Source of the DNA: Marsupella aquatica
Taxonomy: Eukaryota > Plantae > Marchantiophyta
Direction of reading: 5' to 3'
Length of the DNA: 64,000 bases
Assembly: GCA_973895155.1 (NCBI GenBank)
Contig: OZ316891.1
Span: forward strand, 26,343,972-26,407,971
Positions 39,382 to 53,679 of this stretch are shown here, piece by piece (the first letter of the stretch is position 1; each line of letters opens with the position of its first letter). Position numbers and translations under genes: made by a program. Below the pieces are notes generated by a model. It saw nothing but the letters and a program-made list of their open reading frames with translations, was not told where the DNA came from and did no database searches.

Positions 39382-42300
39382 CTACACCCATTTCTGCCTG
39401 CCCCTGCCAGCGTTTTCCTTGGGCTTATGCAGAGAAGAATTGGGCCTCTCCTTGCTTACAGCTGAGGACCGATTGGGCTTAAAGGGCGTATTTGGGCCAA
39501 CCGCTGAGAGAACACCTGTGCTCGCTCTATGTCTGTCGTCTCGATTTTTGGACCTTACAGTGACGGCGTTCATGTTGGCAACAGATTTTGACAACTCCTT
39601 TCGATAGACGGGAATGCCTCTTATGTTAGCATTCCTGGCTTCTCTATGAATGTTGACTGTCGGTCTGTTCTCTATGTCTCCACTGCTGCCGCTGCTGCTC
39701 GGACCATTGTTGGGATCTAACCCACCACCCGGCGTTGAGCACAACTTCCGCAAGGAGCTTCTCAAAAACTCTTGCGATGAAGTAACATTTTGGAAAACAC
39801 CCAAAGACCGACCATGGAAGGCTGCCTCTTCAATTATGTTGAAGTCCTGTCCAGCAGTGAGTTCTGAGCTCCAGGGAGTATCGATGATGTGAAACTCCTG
39901 GGCAGATAAGTCAGAGCCCCACGAGGTTCTTCTATTTTCACTACCACAGATGGATTGGTACGAGCCACGAAGTTGGCATTCTTCCCCAAACGCCCTGTAG
40001 GCATTTTCGTCGTCAAAAAGATCATCTGTGGATTCTGCGTCTTCTATTTCCCGTTCTGTTGGGGGTAAATTCATGGGACGCAGCTGGGCCGGAGTTTGGC
40101 ACGACTGTAGTTCTTGAACCTGCAGGCCCACAGATGCTATAGACGTCAGAATTGAGACGGTCGCATTTCTAATTGCCAATTCATGAATACCTGCAGAAGA
40201 AAATTGTTAGCAAAACTTTCAACAATTTTAAATTTTTAACTTAAATTGTTAGCAAAACTATATTGACGAAGCTGAACATTAATAGTGCATATCTTCAGTA
40301 AACGAGATAATAATTAGGGACGATGAGAATTGAGGGTAGGTATATAGCCATCAGACATGACCATTACCTTGCCCTCCAGCTCGAAAATCTCCTGCTTCAA
40401 GCTCATGATTGAGCTGTCTTTTTTGCGACAGATTTCCTCCAGCATTGCAAGCCTCTGCACGGTGATGACCCAGGCGAATTTTTGCGAAATAATGTCAGGA
40501 TTTTCCTTCTATACCAGCCATTACCTCGAAGGAACGCATCGTTGGTACAGACATCCACTTATATGCGTTGACGACTTCCTCTTACACGCCGAGTCCAACT
40601 ATTGAGCAAAAGATACGGTAAGTCAATATCACATAGCTTACCTTTTCACCGGATTCTTGCGTAGCTTTTGCGGCTGACGCCATATCTTGCAGAGCCATGT
40701 TGTGCCGCCGACAGTCCTCTCGCAGCTCGGCTATTTCTCTAGCTTTGGACGAAACCAGTGCCTAACATGCAATGACAGAAGTTAGTCGGACAGAAAAATC
40801 ATAGATTCGCCGGCCCAGAACAAACACCGAAGAGGATACACGAAGTGTAAACTAACAAGGACTCCTGAATCTTTCAAAAATAGATTTGATTTTTTGAAAG
40901 GGAACAAAACTCAGAATCCGAGTTGAAGGCACATTCGTCCCATCAAACCAACCACGAAGCACTAGATCCTCGCTCTCAAATATTATGAAGAAACACCGAT
41001 TTGGACATACGGAATTAGAAATAATACCCATGAGAGAGTGTGGTGCACGACAATTTAATCCTAAGGTACAGTATTCCGTTGAATTTCATGGTTATAGCCT
41101 ATTGGCTTAAAAACAATCAAATCTCAAAGAGCAGAGACCCAAATCAATGGAGTTCCCATGAAAACACCAATCACCACAAAGCATTTAATCCTCATCGAGG
41201 AATTTTGGAGAAACACCCAATTCGAAAATGGAATTCTGAGTAAAACAGACTAGGGAAATTAGAAGATTTAGATGCTTGACTGTATAAATCAGTCATAGAA
41301 CTGAGTGGCCTTTCGGTCTCGCTCTCCCCGGCGTGGTGTATAATTTCATGAGTCAAGACACTGCGGTAGAAGTGGCCAGAGATGGTGTGGGGGATACGAG
41401 TCTTCTCCCTCCTCTCAGAACACGGAAGTGATCAGACAATGGCAGGCCGAAGGCGACCAGATGGAACAATAGGAGCACCTTCTCGACGGGGATGCATACT
41501 GGAGCACCCTTGATCCCCTCTACCCCGTGGCAATTCCATTTTGACTCCATAAAGCAGGGGAGAGCTTGTCCGAAAGGACACCAAGATTATGACTCTTTCA
41601 AAATGGCAGGCATCTAAATCTTTTCAATTTCCTACATGGACCGGGATGCTTACAGTTGTGCTTTTTATATGTTACTAGGACTCCATACGGCAGTTTCGGC
41701 TGAACTTTTGACGGTTATTCATCCCGTAAATTGTGCACGTTGCGGAATCAAGGACGTATACAATTCCTCGGTCCTAAGTCCAGCTAGGCCAGAGGACGAC
41801 AAATATACATTACTGATCACATTGCCAGCGCTCTGGTTTGGGTTTAGACATCGTTGGTGGGGATCTATATACAAAATCCGTTCGAATAATTTTCTTGGTC
41901 CATCACCAGACGAGCACTTAAACAAGGATTTGGTAGACCAATCTGGTGAGGAAATGATAAATGAAGAAAATCCCATTTGTCTTTCTCGCAAAAACTGCAG
42001 GGGCTGATAATTGAGGTCACAATTCGAGAACAAAAGAACCGGAGATTGTCCAACTTCATTGAATTGACTTATTTTCATGCAAGTCAGCATTATATATTCA
42101 TCACCTAACGAGTGACAATGTTTAAAACGAAATGTTCGAGTACCTTTCGACTGGCAATCAACTGCTGGTACACTGCTTCTTTGAGGCGAACTTGCCTCTT
42201 CAGCTCCGTTATCTCGTTCCCGGATTTAACCTATACATGAAAGCAACAAAGAAGAGAAGAAAATGAGAATCGAGAATATGCAAGCCATTTACAGAGGATA

Positions 42301-45300
42301 CAGCGCGAAAATTTTCAGGAAACGGAATGTGTGGCTGCCTTGATGGTTCGGATCCATGTGCCCCGACTATATATGGAAGAGGGATAAAAAGTAGTTCAGA
42401 CTAATTGATCCTTGTCTATCCGACCATGTACTTGAAGTTGACACTTCCGTGATCTATCGAAGGTGACTTGTATCTGATACCAAATATTCCACAATCTGTC
42501 TGATAACCAACAGACTGGAAAGTAACTCACCTGATTCTTGCTGTCTTGCTCCCAGGCCTCCAATAGCTTTTTCTCCACTTGTTTTCTTTTCGCATCGCAA
42601 GCTCTAACGTAGGTCTTCAAATTAGCGACCTGGACAAGGAGTTTTGAAGTGAATAGTCAGATCTCTCAAGTCTCGGACACTAATCTAGTCCACCCCAAAC
42701 CAAATAACGTTTCTTTTGACGCCATTAGCACGATACAGAGGGCTGCCACCCACCTTTGTCGCCGTTTTTTCAAATTCAGCAACCAGCTCCTCTCTAACTG
42801 TCACTAGGTTGGAGGTCTTCTCGAGAGATGCAGGCTCTGCTATGTCAAACAAAGGAAGCATCATCTTCTCCACTTTCTGCCGGACTGCCTCAACACCTGG
42901 GGATAAATTCTGAAATTTCAAGCTTCTCCCAGCAGAAGGCGGCCAATTAGACAATGACTCTGCTTTTTCCCGTATGGGAGTTTCGTTTTGGGATTCGGAT
43001 TCCGCCACATCAGAAGATTGTATCCTTCTCAAGAAAGAAGACTCCGGGTTGTCGAGGCCGCGTCGGAACCAGTCCTTCCAAGTCTGAATGTTCACACTCC
43101 CAGTAGACAGATCGCAGGCGTCGTCATTCAAAATCTGTCACAGGGCAAACTACCAAATAAACTTCCGAGACGGCATATTTGACCAAACCGTGGCGAATGG
43201 AATGGGAAAAGTAAAACGTGTGCATCTGAACTGACAAACTCGATCTGCATTTCAGCGAGTAGAATACACATACAATTAGGAATATGAATTCCATACCTTC
43301 GCAATCTGCAGGTTGGCGAGGTAATCATCAAAATCGGATGGAGAGATATCTAGAGAACCTATAGCCTCAGGACAAAGAGAATCCCACAACTGCACCATTG
43401 CCGCTTGCAACTTGGCGATCTTATCGGATGCCCTACTCACGTTGGCCATAATTGCTGCAGAAACTGCCCACACAGTAAATATATGAGACTCCTCTTCTTT
43501 TAAAAAATGGCTTCGTACATGACAGTGAACTTCGGGAAGGTGCTTCACGGGACGTGTACTTCAATAGGAGAATCGCGCATTCACAATAAAACGAGCTAAA
43601 CCAATCAATGCATCCAAGCTGAATAACCGACCTTCAGGTTTCTTGTCCAAGGCATCGTCCTCTTGATCAAGGGCATTTGTCACTGCAGTTTCTAAATGTC
43701 GGGCCTGTAGCGAGACAGAAGGATTAGAGCTCATTCACCTCAACAAGACCAACTCATACGAGCCATCAAAGATTTTGAACTTCTTGTAACTGGAATACCC
43801 TCAATCTTACTTACCTTTTCGCCGACGAAGGTTAACGCTTCCAGGACATTAGAAGCTGCCTCGTCTAGTAACGTTATGACTTGCTTCTGCAGGGTTTGAA
43901 CAACACCATGAAAATGAACAACTGGCTGGTTTATGGTCCGACCATTAAGTAACAATTTGCTAGTTGTAGTGTACATAACAGAAAGGCCGGCAAAAATAGT
44001 TCTTCAGCTAAATTTTCTAAATATCTGAAACCACGGTTGTACAAGGGTCAGAAACTTCTTTACAACCTTAATACTGAGAATGATATTAGCACATCGAGCA
44101 CGATCAGTGAAAGACTTCTCTTCGGTCGCTGTCTTTGGCCACCAGTCCTTGGAAAAGTCTTCAGTTCCCTGGAGCCAAATACAAGTCTTTGAGCTAAGGA
44201 TGAGACCTGTAAGCATCCTCCAGCCGACCAAAAGAAGGGTAAAGCAAGGACGAATGCAGGCCACCAATAAATCCTAACAAAAAGATTTAGGACAACCTGT
44301 GACTACTAAAATGTTTTGGAACGATGTTACTAGCATTGTCTGCTTTAGGTAAACCCTGCCACTTCCAGTTTTACCTGATGAAGATTCCCATGCTTCTCCG
44401 ATGGCATTGGACTGAAAGGATCCATGATTACGGAGGAAGTCTCTGAAAGCCACTCGATGGCGCTATGGTTGTCCGGAACGGTGTCCGCGGGCGTTTTGTT
44501 ACAATCTTCCCATGTTCCATTACTAGAGTACAAGTCTACCTTCGAAGGTTCCGTAATTTCCTTCTCAAGCTCCTGCTCACCAATACTCTGCTCAAACACG
44601 ACGTCTTTATTCACCGAGTCTTCAGCAATGGAATATTCCTGCTCTTCAGCCTGCTCTTCCAACAATAAACCAAGGTCCAAGGACTCTATCCAGCTACTTG
44701 ACATCAGCATTTTCTCCATCAGGTCGTGATTACTTCCAGGAGATTCCTCTTGGATGGGAGAAATTCTTTTCGTCAAGTCAGAAAAGGTCAAAAGTTTGTT
44801 TACTGCTGGCGTAGTAGTGAACTGCTCCGGAATCTGTTCGGACAGCTGCACATCTGAATTGCTCAAGCCATGCCCCTCATTGAGGTAATCCACAGTTTGG
44901 TCTGGGCCCTCATCCGATAGTCTCCGATCTGGTATATCAATTTGACTCAATTCCGATAATCTCCGATCTTGTATGTCAACTTGGCTTAAGAGCTCTACCA
45001 GCTCATCGAGTGAATCTGTTAGACAGGGCTCCCCTTTCTTGGCATCCATTTCGGACGACTGACTGTCAACTTGGGTCAATAAGCTTCCGAGCTCCTCTCG
45101 CATGAGCATTAGATCACTCTCCTGAAACAAACACGGATTTGGTGTCACGACACATGAAATTACAGAGCAATCTGTGGATCCTATGGCAAAATGATAGCTT
45201 CACAATTATAAACGTTTAAGGGCTACAGAAGGTACGAACCCTTTCGTAGATAACTCGTCGAAGACGTCTTAATTCCTTAGCATTATTCTCCTTCGCTTGA

Positions 45301-47960
45301 GAAGCCGCGGCTGCTCCCACTGCCACAACCAGCACTCTCTGAAGGGGGCTTAATCCTTCCCAAACAAAAGACTCTTGGTCTCCCAACTGTGCACCAACTT
45401 TAGTCAAGCCTGTGGCAGTCTCAGAGTTCACAAGGCGCCCATTGAGATCTATCCAAGCCACGCCATCGTGGCAGCGGTTGCTACAACCGAGCTGAGGATC
45501 GGAGCCGTGTCGGTCGTATAGAGCGAGGTTAGAGAAGACAGTTGGTCCATGTGGAAGGCCTTCGAAGAGCTTAAGGTAGGAAGTGCTTCGAGATCTCAAG
45601 CGACCTCTCCAGGGCCTTGGCGCTCTCTTGCCACGTACGCCCCAGAAAGAAACACGCTCTCGTGAGGAAAGTAAACCCAACTCCCCGTGGAGAGCCGGTA
45701 GTGCAACTTTGGCTTCGTCAGGAGATTCGTCCTTCGGACTCCCTGAAACGCACAACAATTCATCAAATTCGTTTAGACAGGCCGTGCTTACATTTCCTCC
45801 ATATAATGGATAAACTTGCCAGGACCCCGCGACTCTACAGAGCACCATCTAGAATCAGTGGTGATACACTCATGTTAAAGACAACGTCGAAATGGAGAAA
45901 CTAAGAGGGAGATTTGCGTGACATTAATGTGTTAGTAAGCTTCATCACCGTAAAGAACGACCATATAATTTAGTAGCACTAGATAAGGCCCTTCTTTCTT
46001 CTGTAGATAGTGATCATAATGGGAAGGCGAGAGCAAAACTGAGTATCGCAAATTGCGCACATTATCTACAACGTCAGCACACTTCCGAGAAAACCCTATG
46101 CCCAGATGCATCGGCAAGCTTCTTTCCGGACAATTTCAAGAACAATCTCATTGGAATGATTGTGTGCCAGATATTCAACGAGATTGTGCCCATTTTGAAG
46201 CTTTTGAAGATGAAATCAACGTTCAAGTCATAGGAGACAGACTTTTATTCCTTCCACAAAAAAGTGCAGATTCTTCAGAAGCTTTGGTATGATTATCTCC
46301 TAAGAACAACGCTACGTATCCACAGGAGGATGGAGGAAATTTCTAAAGAAACCACACTCCAAATCACATGGCTACTGCAGAACGCCAACATATAAGCAAA
46401 ATTGTGCATAAATTGTCCCGCTTCGACCTAGTTAATGTAAAGAATTAGAGACGTGGAAAGTTCAATTGAATCTACCAGGCGAAGGGGTTTCTACAGCCCG
46501 ACACCAGGGAAGTGATCTGGTTGTAGCACTATCAACAACAACACTATGTTCAAGACCAACCAATGTCCCCGCCAAGGAAGGCAATATCAAGGAATCAGAT
46601 AAAGAAAACCAGAAATCTAGAGAAACTGCAATCTCGGAGAAGACATGAACTGCAATGACAACAGAGTTGCATATTGCAGAACCCATCTTCCCGATCAACT
46701 ATGAAATTAGCAGGCCTGCAGAGTTTCCTCTATGAAACTGCGGTCCACTGCTCTTTGTCACTTAAATTGAACGGGAGGCGAATCATCATGTTCTTCCAGT
46801 GGGCAGAAAAAAAAGTCGGCTTCGCATTTCCAGATTTAGAATATGAAAGTTGTAGTCTGTGAGCAATCGATTCGAGTATCAGCTGTTGTTCGACGGATCG
46901 GTGGAAGTCCGTCTGTAATGGCAACAAGGAATTCCAACGCATCGTGAACTGGATTCCCCAGGAAATCACACTACCAAGTGCTTCACAGTTTGGAGCCTTG
47001 CCCGGATTACAGACCTGGGTACTAAGTCATACTTTTTCCACAAATCAAGTCACTGTAGTCTACTGGACATCTTGCAATGGATTGGATTTGAAACTTGAGA
47101 AAATATCCAGACTACCAAGAGGAAAGCTCGTTTACTTTACAGGCAGCGAAAAGATATCTTACATACGAACTTGGTAGGCGAAGAAAATGGAAATCAAGGT
47201 TTTGACAGGACGTTGTTGTCAAGGGACAGTCCAAAATAAAGAAGGCACATTGGACACCCTAGCGCATAGTAAACAGACAAAAGAGAAAGATAAACAGATG
47301 AAAGAGAAAGAGAAAGGTAAACAGACGAAAGACAACGAGACTTTTTTCCAAAAGCTGAAGAAATGGTTTTGGGCCCCATCTGAAAGTAAACGCGGCAGGC
47401 GTCAGAGTAAGCTCTTGACAGGATGTTGTTCTGAAGGAAAAGGCAAAAACATAGCAGCCCTAGGGCACGGTGATCAGGAAGGGACGGAGACTTTTTTCCA
47501 AAAGCTGAGAAAATGGTGTTGTCCCCAATCTAATGGTAAACGCGAGAGGCGTCAGCGCAAGCCTAAGGGCAAGAGACGATGGCCGCGAGTCACCACAAAG
47601 TCCCAAAAGATGGTCAGAAGCCGAGTTTGCAGGGCCTGTGTTCTCAAATCCTGGCTTGAAGCGCTTAAAGTTGAAAAAGGGTTGCGAGGTGGTTTATAGT
47701 CGTCTCCTGCCCTACGCCTTCCTACAGGCGACTAGCTAAAGACGCTCAAACGAATACTGTCTGATCGCTTCCCGAAATCCGCAGGAGATGCTAGGCACTG
47801 AAGGATTCACCAAGCAGAGTCCCCACTAGCCTGGCTAAAGGTCTACTGAGTCAACAAAGTAGGAAGCCTGATCTGTGGTAAGAAGTTGACGGCAAAGATA
47901 CGCACAATATGATGCAAATCAGGAGACATTGAGAACCATACCTCCACTTCCCTTCGCCAT
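39382..47960 (-). CDS. Host multi-exon gene encoding an uncharacterised coiled-coil protein. Predicted exons 47960-47942, 45742-45240, 45121-44375, 44168-44067, 43886-43815, ~43705-43633, ~43560-43298, ~43140-42754, ~42629-42531, ~42230-42144, ~40762-40642, 40454-40368/73, 40190-39382
   Basis: Chain of GT-AG introns with consistent phases. The motif AWIDLNGRLV..E.A..G..L..E..VWE.LSPLQRVLVVAV followed by a heptad region, and the C-terminal coil IAELREDCRRHN...RLAMLEEICRKKD..I..LKQEI, resemble a conserved land-plant family of unknown function (from recall, not searched). Confidence 0.8.
41251..41634. mobile_element. Intronic MITE-like element
   Basis: Inverted ends TAGGGAAATTAGAAGATTTAGATGC / GCATCTAAATCTTTTCAATTTCCTA. 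The outer TA may be the TSD. Confidence 0.55.
47187..47699 (+). CDS. Putative small basic protein (170 aa), antisense within intron 1 of the host gene
   Basis: ATG in a good context (AAAATGG). Two internal repeats, LTG.C.C.G...ETFFQKL.KW...S..KR.RRQ.K. No known domain recognised. Confidence 0.35.
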   Translation: MEIKVLTGRCCQGTVQNKEGTLDTLAHSKQTKEKDKQMKEKEKGKQTKDNETFFQKLKKWFWAPSESKRGRRQSKLLTGCCSEGKGKNIAALGHGDQEGTETFFQKLRKWCCPQSNGKRERRQRKPKGKRRWPRVTTKSQKMVRSRVCRACVLKSWLEALKVEKGLRGGL

Positions 47961-50825
47961 TGTTGAATCCTCCCGGCTTGTCCGGTCAATTGCACGTTAA
48001 CATGGCCCGAAGCTGTCGCTGTGATACCTTCGTGCCCGCCGCAAAATCCATGAACTGCGGTGCTTCATACTTGAAACTATTCCAGCAACAAGCTACTTGC
48101 GTGACGATCGAAAAGCATCACCTGAAACCAAGCAATATCAAGAGCGTAGTCAGTCGGAGGACGTCAGGACCTTGAAGTGTTTATTTACTGCACCCGTCCA
48201 TGCATTGGACATTCGAACACCTACAGACCCCAGTGGTAAATCGCTATTGCATCTATGGGCGGTATGGAATCCCAAAGACGAGACCGGAATCTTATATCCA
48301 CTTTATGTTTCACTTTGAATTTCCTGAAACCTGGGCCAATCCACCCGAAGTGCAACGCAAGCGATCTGTACAGAGTGGGCTGCCATTATGTTTGAGTAAG
48401 AAAATCAGCTATACTCAGCAGACTTAAGTCGATGCAAATGCCTCTGAGAGAAAAACTTATAGAAGAGCAGAGAGCGCATTTCGCACATTCTATGCGCTTC
48501 CCGTCCTCGTCGAATATAGATTTTTGAAACAAGTGAAAGCCAATTTCTCGCCTCAGAACTTCTGCATTACTGGCCCAGACAGATCTCTCATGAAATCGAC
48601 TCGTTCGATACGAGAAGAGTGAGGCACGGCAGATAGCTCAGGTCACTGCATTTTCATCTCGAAGTCCGAAAAGTATGCTCGAAGGTACTAAACAGCACAC
48701 GACACGGTTCACTTCGCAGGTACAGCACGGACACCGAAGGTACCACTCAGAGAGATGTGTATAAGGCGGAGAATTCCGACGTCGATGTTCCTGTTGTAGG
48801 TAATGTGAGCACGATGACCGCAAGCTGCTCCAACTTAGTTCATTCACAATTTCCTCCCTACTTCAGTTTGACAAGGGCTGGCAGGCTTCTCGGGGAGAGA
48901 AGTTCACCGCAGCACCCACAACTGAAATATTGTTCACAATCAAGGAATGTAACACCGAGGGAGACATGGGAGCCGTTCACAAGAGAGTACCAGGAGCATA
49001 CATAAACCCCCGCACCAAAAGCACCCGACCTTACAACAAACCCAATGGCAAGCTGAACGCAGAGGACAACGGAGAAGGAAACCTTTGAAAGAGAGTAAAG
49101 TGCTAGAGAGATCGATGAACGCAGACTTTTGACAGTGGGATCAGCGAGGCAGAAAAGCTCACGAGGAGATAGATCGAGGAAAAGATATTGCCAGAGCTTG
49201 TGAGAGGGGCACAGATGTGAAGACCGAGCGAGAGTGAGAGGGAGTCTTCAGAAGAGGATGACAAAGGAGCACAACAGAAACCCCCTCACCTCCAGGAACA
49301 CTCTCGAGATGGCACAGACCCTCAATTGAGTTCCAATCCGGTTTTAGACATCAACCACTCAGGAGTGCAAACACCACGACGACCCAAAGCACAAGTCGGA
49401 ATGCTTTTACTGTCAAAGAGGCACAGACCGTGCCAGCTGAAATCCCGTCCCAGGCACACAAATTCACCACACTCCAAAGAAAGAAGCGCTCGGTTTCAGC
49501 GATCAAACATTCACTCGAGAGAACCAAAGCTTCGCCAACCCCAAAACCCACAGCTCAATTAATAATCAACAACACACCCACCTCAGCGCACTTGCGAATT
49601 GCAGAACTTCGCCCGGCGAGGAAGCTCCAGATTGCGTCGAAGGGGGTCCACTTCATCGCCATCGCGTCCCATTGTTCTCGAGGACGCTGATGCCGAAGAA
49701 AGCTCAAGAGAGGCGTGGAGGCCCTGGAGGGGGAATGAAGCAACTTTTGAATTTGAACGACTCCTCCAGTCGGGCCCCACCCTCGCGCCACACAAAACAA
49801 CGGGTCGCGAGAAATAACTTCGTCGCCGGGCACCTCGTAAAGTTCGACGGCGCGAGGGTTGCCCCTGCCCCTCGTGACAGCCCGTTCCTCCTGCCCGCGC
49901 CTCCATGTACGGGACACTTTCGCCCTGACCGGGACTCCCCTCCCCGCTGCCCGGACCACTTTCGCCCTGACCGAACGCTCTCCGCCGTTGGATGAGGTTA
50001 CTTTCGCGCTGACCGCGAAGAATGAGCCTGGCTGCCCAGATGTCATCATTGTAATTTCGCTCCTAAAACATTTTGTGATTTTGTGAGACAATAAAAATAG
50101 TACTTTATTTTTTCAAGATTTGATGATTTTAGGCCGAGATGGATTGGCATGTTGTATTGTATGGAATATAATATAGTGTCCCATTTATTTTGAAATTACA
50201 ATAGCTAGAGAGAATCAGGACTAGGTCAAAGATAGAAATAATAAACATCTGCGTTAAAGTTAAGGCTCAAGATTTAACCCACCATGCTCTCACCCAAAAG
50301 ACAACAACATCAAATAAGATCAAGTAGTTTTTTGAAATAGTTTACTTATGGTTTCTTTGGAATTTGCTTTTTTATAAGTTTATTTATGGTTTGATTTGTG
50401 ATTGTTCTATTTTGCATTCTGCTATTTCATTTCTTGTGTAAAATTTTGATGATTGGGATGGCTCTTCACAGATTCTCTTATCAAAGGAGGTAATTTTATC
50501 TTCATATAGTTTTGTGAACCATTGTGATAGTTCTTCAACTAGAAAGCTTTAACCTTGATGGCAATGGGATCTGGTAATCCTTCTAGAATGGGTTTGTCGA
50601 CATAATGATCTCAAGCATATGGTCATAAGCATGTATGCACATCAAGTTATCATTACATGTACTAGGAAAAACCATGGAGAACCAATGACGATTTGACTTA
50701 GATTGTAAACTATTCACATGGAACGCGTGATATACCTGGGAGTATTTTTAAGCACTTTGAGGAACCATATTTATCTTTTTTCAAGTTCATTATCCCCTTG
50801 TCTTTCCTTAGCACTATCCTAAATT

Positions 50826-53634
50826 TGTCATGCAAACCCTCGTCGGCGCTTAACCATGTACTCGGGTTTGAGCGGCTACCCTAGTTAGCGGTGATCCTGA
50901 TTAATTTAGGGCATTGCCAGGTAGATTTAGCGGCTGGTGAGCGACCGGCGCTAGGATTGCGGCTCGGGATTTAACCCGCCTCGCCGCCACCTAGGAGACT
51001 ACGGCACCGAATAGGGTCAGATGGTCAATTAGGTTAGTTGGCTGGTAGATTTGCCTAACCTGGGATTATTCTAATTTTGCACACCACTGTTTCGTCCTTT
51101 ATGGTGAGGCTTCACTGGCTGGGAGGATTCCTCACAAATTGCCTTATCGGGTGAGGCAGCCCATCCCTTGGGATCCAGGGGGTATACCTCCTGGGCCTCT
51201 CCTCATTCACTTCAGTTCTGAAGTGAATCCGGTTACAGTTTTTAGTTTCTTGCTTAGCAGCGCTCATCGATTACACGTAGATGATCGTTGCATAGCGTGT
51301 CTGTCAGTTACATAGACAACGGTTGGTTTTTCATCGTTGAGTAGTGCTTACATTGCTGCCCTACGATTTTCCGCCCATTCTAATAAAGTGCATTACAGAT
51401 TCGCTTACTCCGGACTCATTTTGTCTCACATTTTATTCACTTCAGAACTGTCATGCATTGAAATCTAGGATTTCGGCGCGATAGAAGTTTCAATAGATTG
51501 CATATTTGGATTCCTCTCGAGATTTTAGGTTGAGAAAGTGGTCTTAGTTTTTTGATTCGGGTCCCGAATCAAAAACTAAAATTACTTTAGCTTCTGACGG
51601 TTTTTCAATTTCGCAATATTTTTGCACTCGACTTGTCCGTACGACCGTACCGGCGTACCATATCGTACCGATATACCGCATCGTACCGGCCGTATCGCAT
51701 CGTATCGCATCTGTACCTCGTACCATTGTTGGATAGCCCTTGCATCAGGTACTTGCTATGCACATCTTGTATTTGGAAGCAATTAGTTTTGTGCCAATGC
51801 AATCATATCTGCCTCTCATATTACGTACCTTCTCTGCACATGTACTTACTTTGCACATCCTGTACTTGAGAGCAATTGCATAAGGTCTTGTACTAGAGCA
51901 AGCGTACCTGTTTCTCACCAATTTCCTTCCCTGCTACACTTAGTACTCGTACCTGCTTTGTGCAACCTATATCTGGGAAGTCTTGCATGTATTGTACCTC
52001 CTGGTACATGTACCAGTTCTGCACATGGTGTACTAGGAATCAGTGAGTCAAAGTTGTATCATGTTAATCGTACTTGTTGAGCACAATCTTAGAACATTGT
52101 ACCTGTATGCACCTTGTTTCTTTACGTAATTTCACTTGGAAACACCTTACGTAATCTGCCAATGGATTATGCTCAATAGGAATTAAAATTAAAGACAATT
52201 TTCTTCCTAGAACCAATACGTACATTGGTTATCGGTAGCACAAAGGGTTGAGAATCTCTTTTGTGATGTAATATTCTAGTGTGAGAACAGTAATCTTTCT
52301 CACGGAGATATTATGGATCTCTCCTTGTTGGTACAAACATTGTGCAAAATATTATGAATTTCGGTGTCTTTGCTCCCTTTGAAAGACTCACTGCCGTTGC
52401 AATGGGGCACGGCGGTCTTGTTGGGATGGATTTGTCAGCATCGGGATTGCAGCCATGGCGACACATGCACGCATGCGCATCAGGCCATCCATGTACCTAC
52501 TGAGTGATACCATTGAGCACCATCGACGACCGAAATATGATTGTAGATTGCTGACTTGGACAGTGCGGTATATTTAGGCAGATTTTGAGCATGCGGAGCA
52601 GCCGCTACCAGTATCATACCAGATTCGTTGCTTCATCGATTCATCCGAGTATTGTTCTCAGCCACTTTTGCAGCGGTTTGGGTACTGGTAGTCTGGTCAC
52701 TCCTCACAGCTCTTTCATGCACAGAGTTTGGCTTCTACTTTCCATGCTGGTGCTTTCGTTCGTGATTGATCGGTGGCTCATTTACGTACTATGGGTTTCT
52801 ATCCACAGTATGGAGTCAGTTCCCGTGCTTTTGAGACAGTGACACTCTCCATCCGCGATACGGATCAGTTGCTCAAACAGGTGGTCTGTCAGTCCACACG
52901 ATGCTTGCGCCCGTATCATCCAGTCACTGTTGATCAGATTTTGCACTATCTTGTGGTGGAGTACTCACTAGCTGACCTTGAGGAGTTGGTGCACTAGTTT
53001 CTTCAGCATTTTGTACAGGGATTGGCAGCATGGGAGCAGTATGTATGTGATGCACCTGGCTGCCACCCATGGGCTAATCATTTATGAGCAGATGGTCAGT
53101 TTCCCCTTTGGAGGCATGATGAGGCCTTTGAGGAGATTTCTAGCAGGCTTCGTACACCGTCTGCTCGACTTCATCATTGGACTTTTGATCTAGTTTGGCG
53201 ACGGGTGGATGTAGAGGATGATACAGGCAATGATTATAGTTTTTTGGATGTGAGTCCATATCCTTGGTGCACTTCTGGACAGTTACCAGCCCCTATTGCC
53301 CCCGGGCAAGTTAGAGGCCGTCCACAGTATGTGTATCGTAATGGCACTCCACATCCAAACCATGGTCATGATCATGATTGAGTTAGGGCATTGCCAGATA
53401 GATATCGTGGCCGATGAGCGATCGATGCTATGGTTGCAGCTCGAGATCCATCCCGCCTCACTGCCACCTAGGAGATGACGGCACAAGAAAAGGTCAAGTA
53501 GTCATTTAGATTAGTTGACTGGTAGGTTAAGTCTAATTTATGATCACTCTATTCTGCACCTCATTGTTTTGTCTCTTAAGGTGAGGTTTCAGTGGTTTAC
53601 TCCACAGGGCAGCCATCTCTAGTCGGGTCTCACA
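50826..53634. mobile_element. LTR-retrotransposon-derived remnant with a diverged ~215-bp direct repeat (50905-51120 and 53382-53597)
   Basis: TTAGGGCATTGCCAG...CCGCCTC.C.GCCACCTAGGAGA..ACGGCAC occurs twice. Candidate TG..CA ends, but no TSD. Confidence 0.5.
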
Positions 53635-53679
53635 TTATATAGTGGTCATTTTCATAATCGTACCCCTCACAAAATAGAG

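Noticed and set aside
49555-50091. Overlapping ORFs on both strands
   Set aside because: This is a GC/CpG-rich promoter-like region of the host gene where ORFs arise by chance. No domain was recognised.
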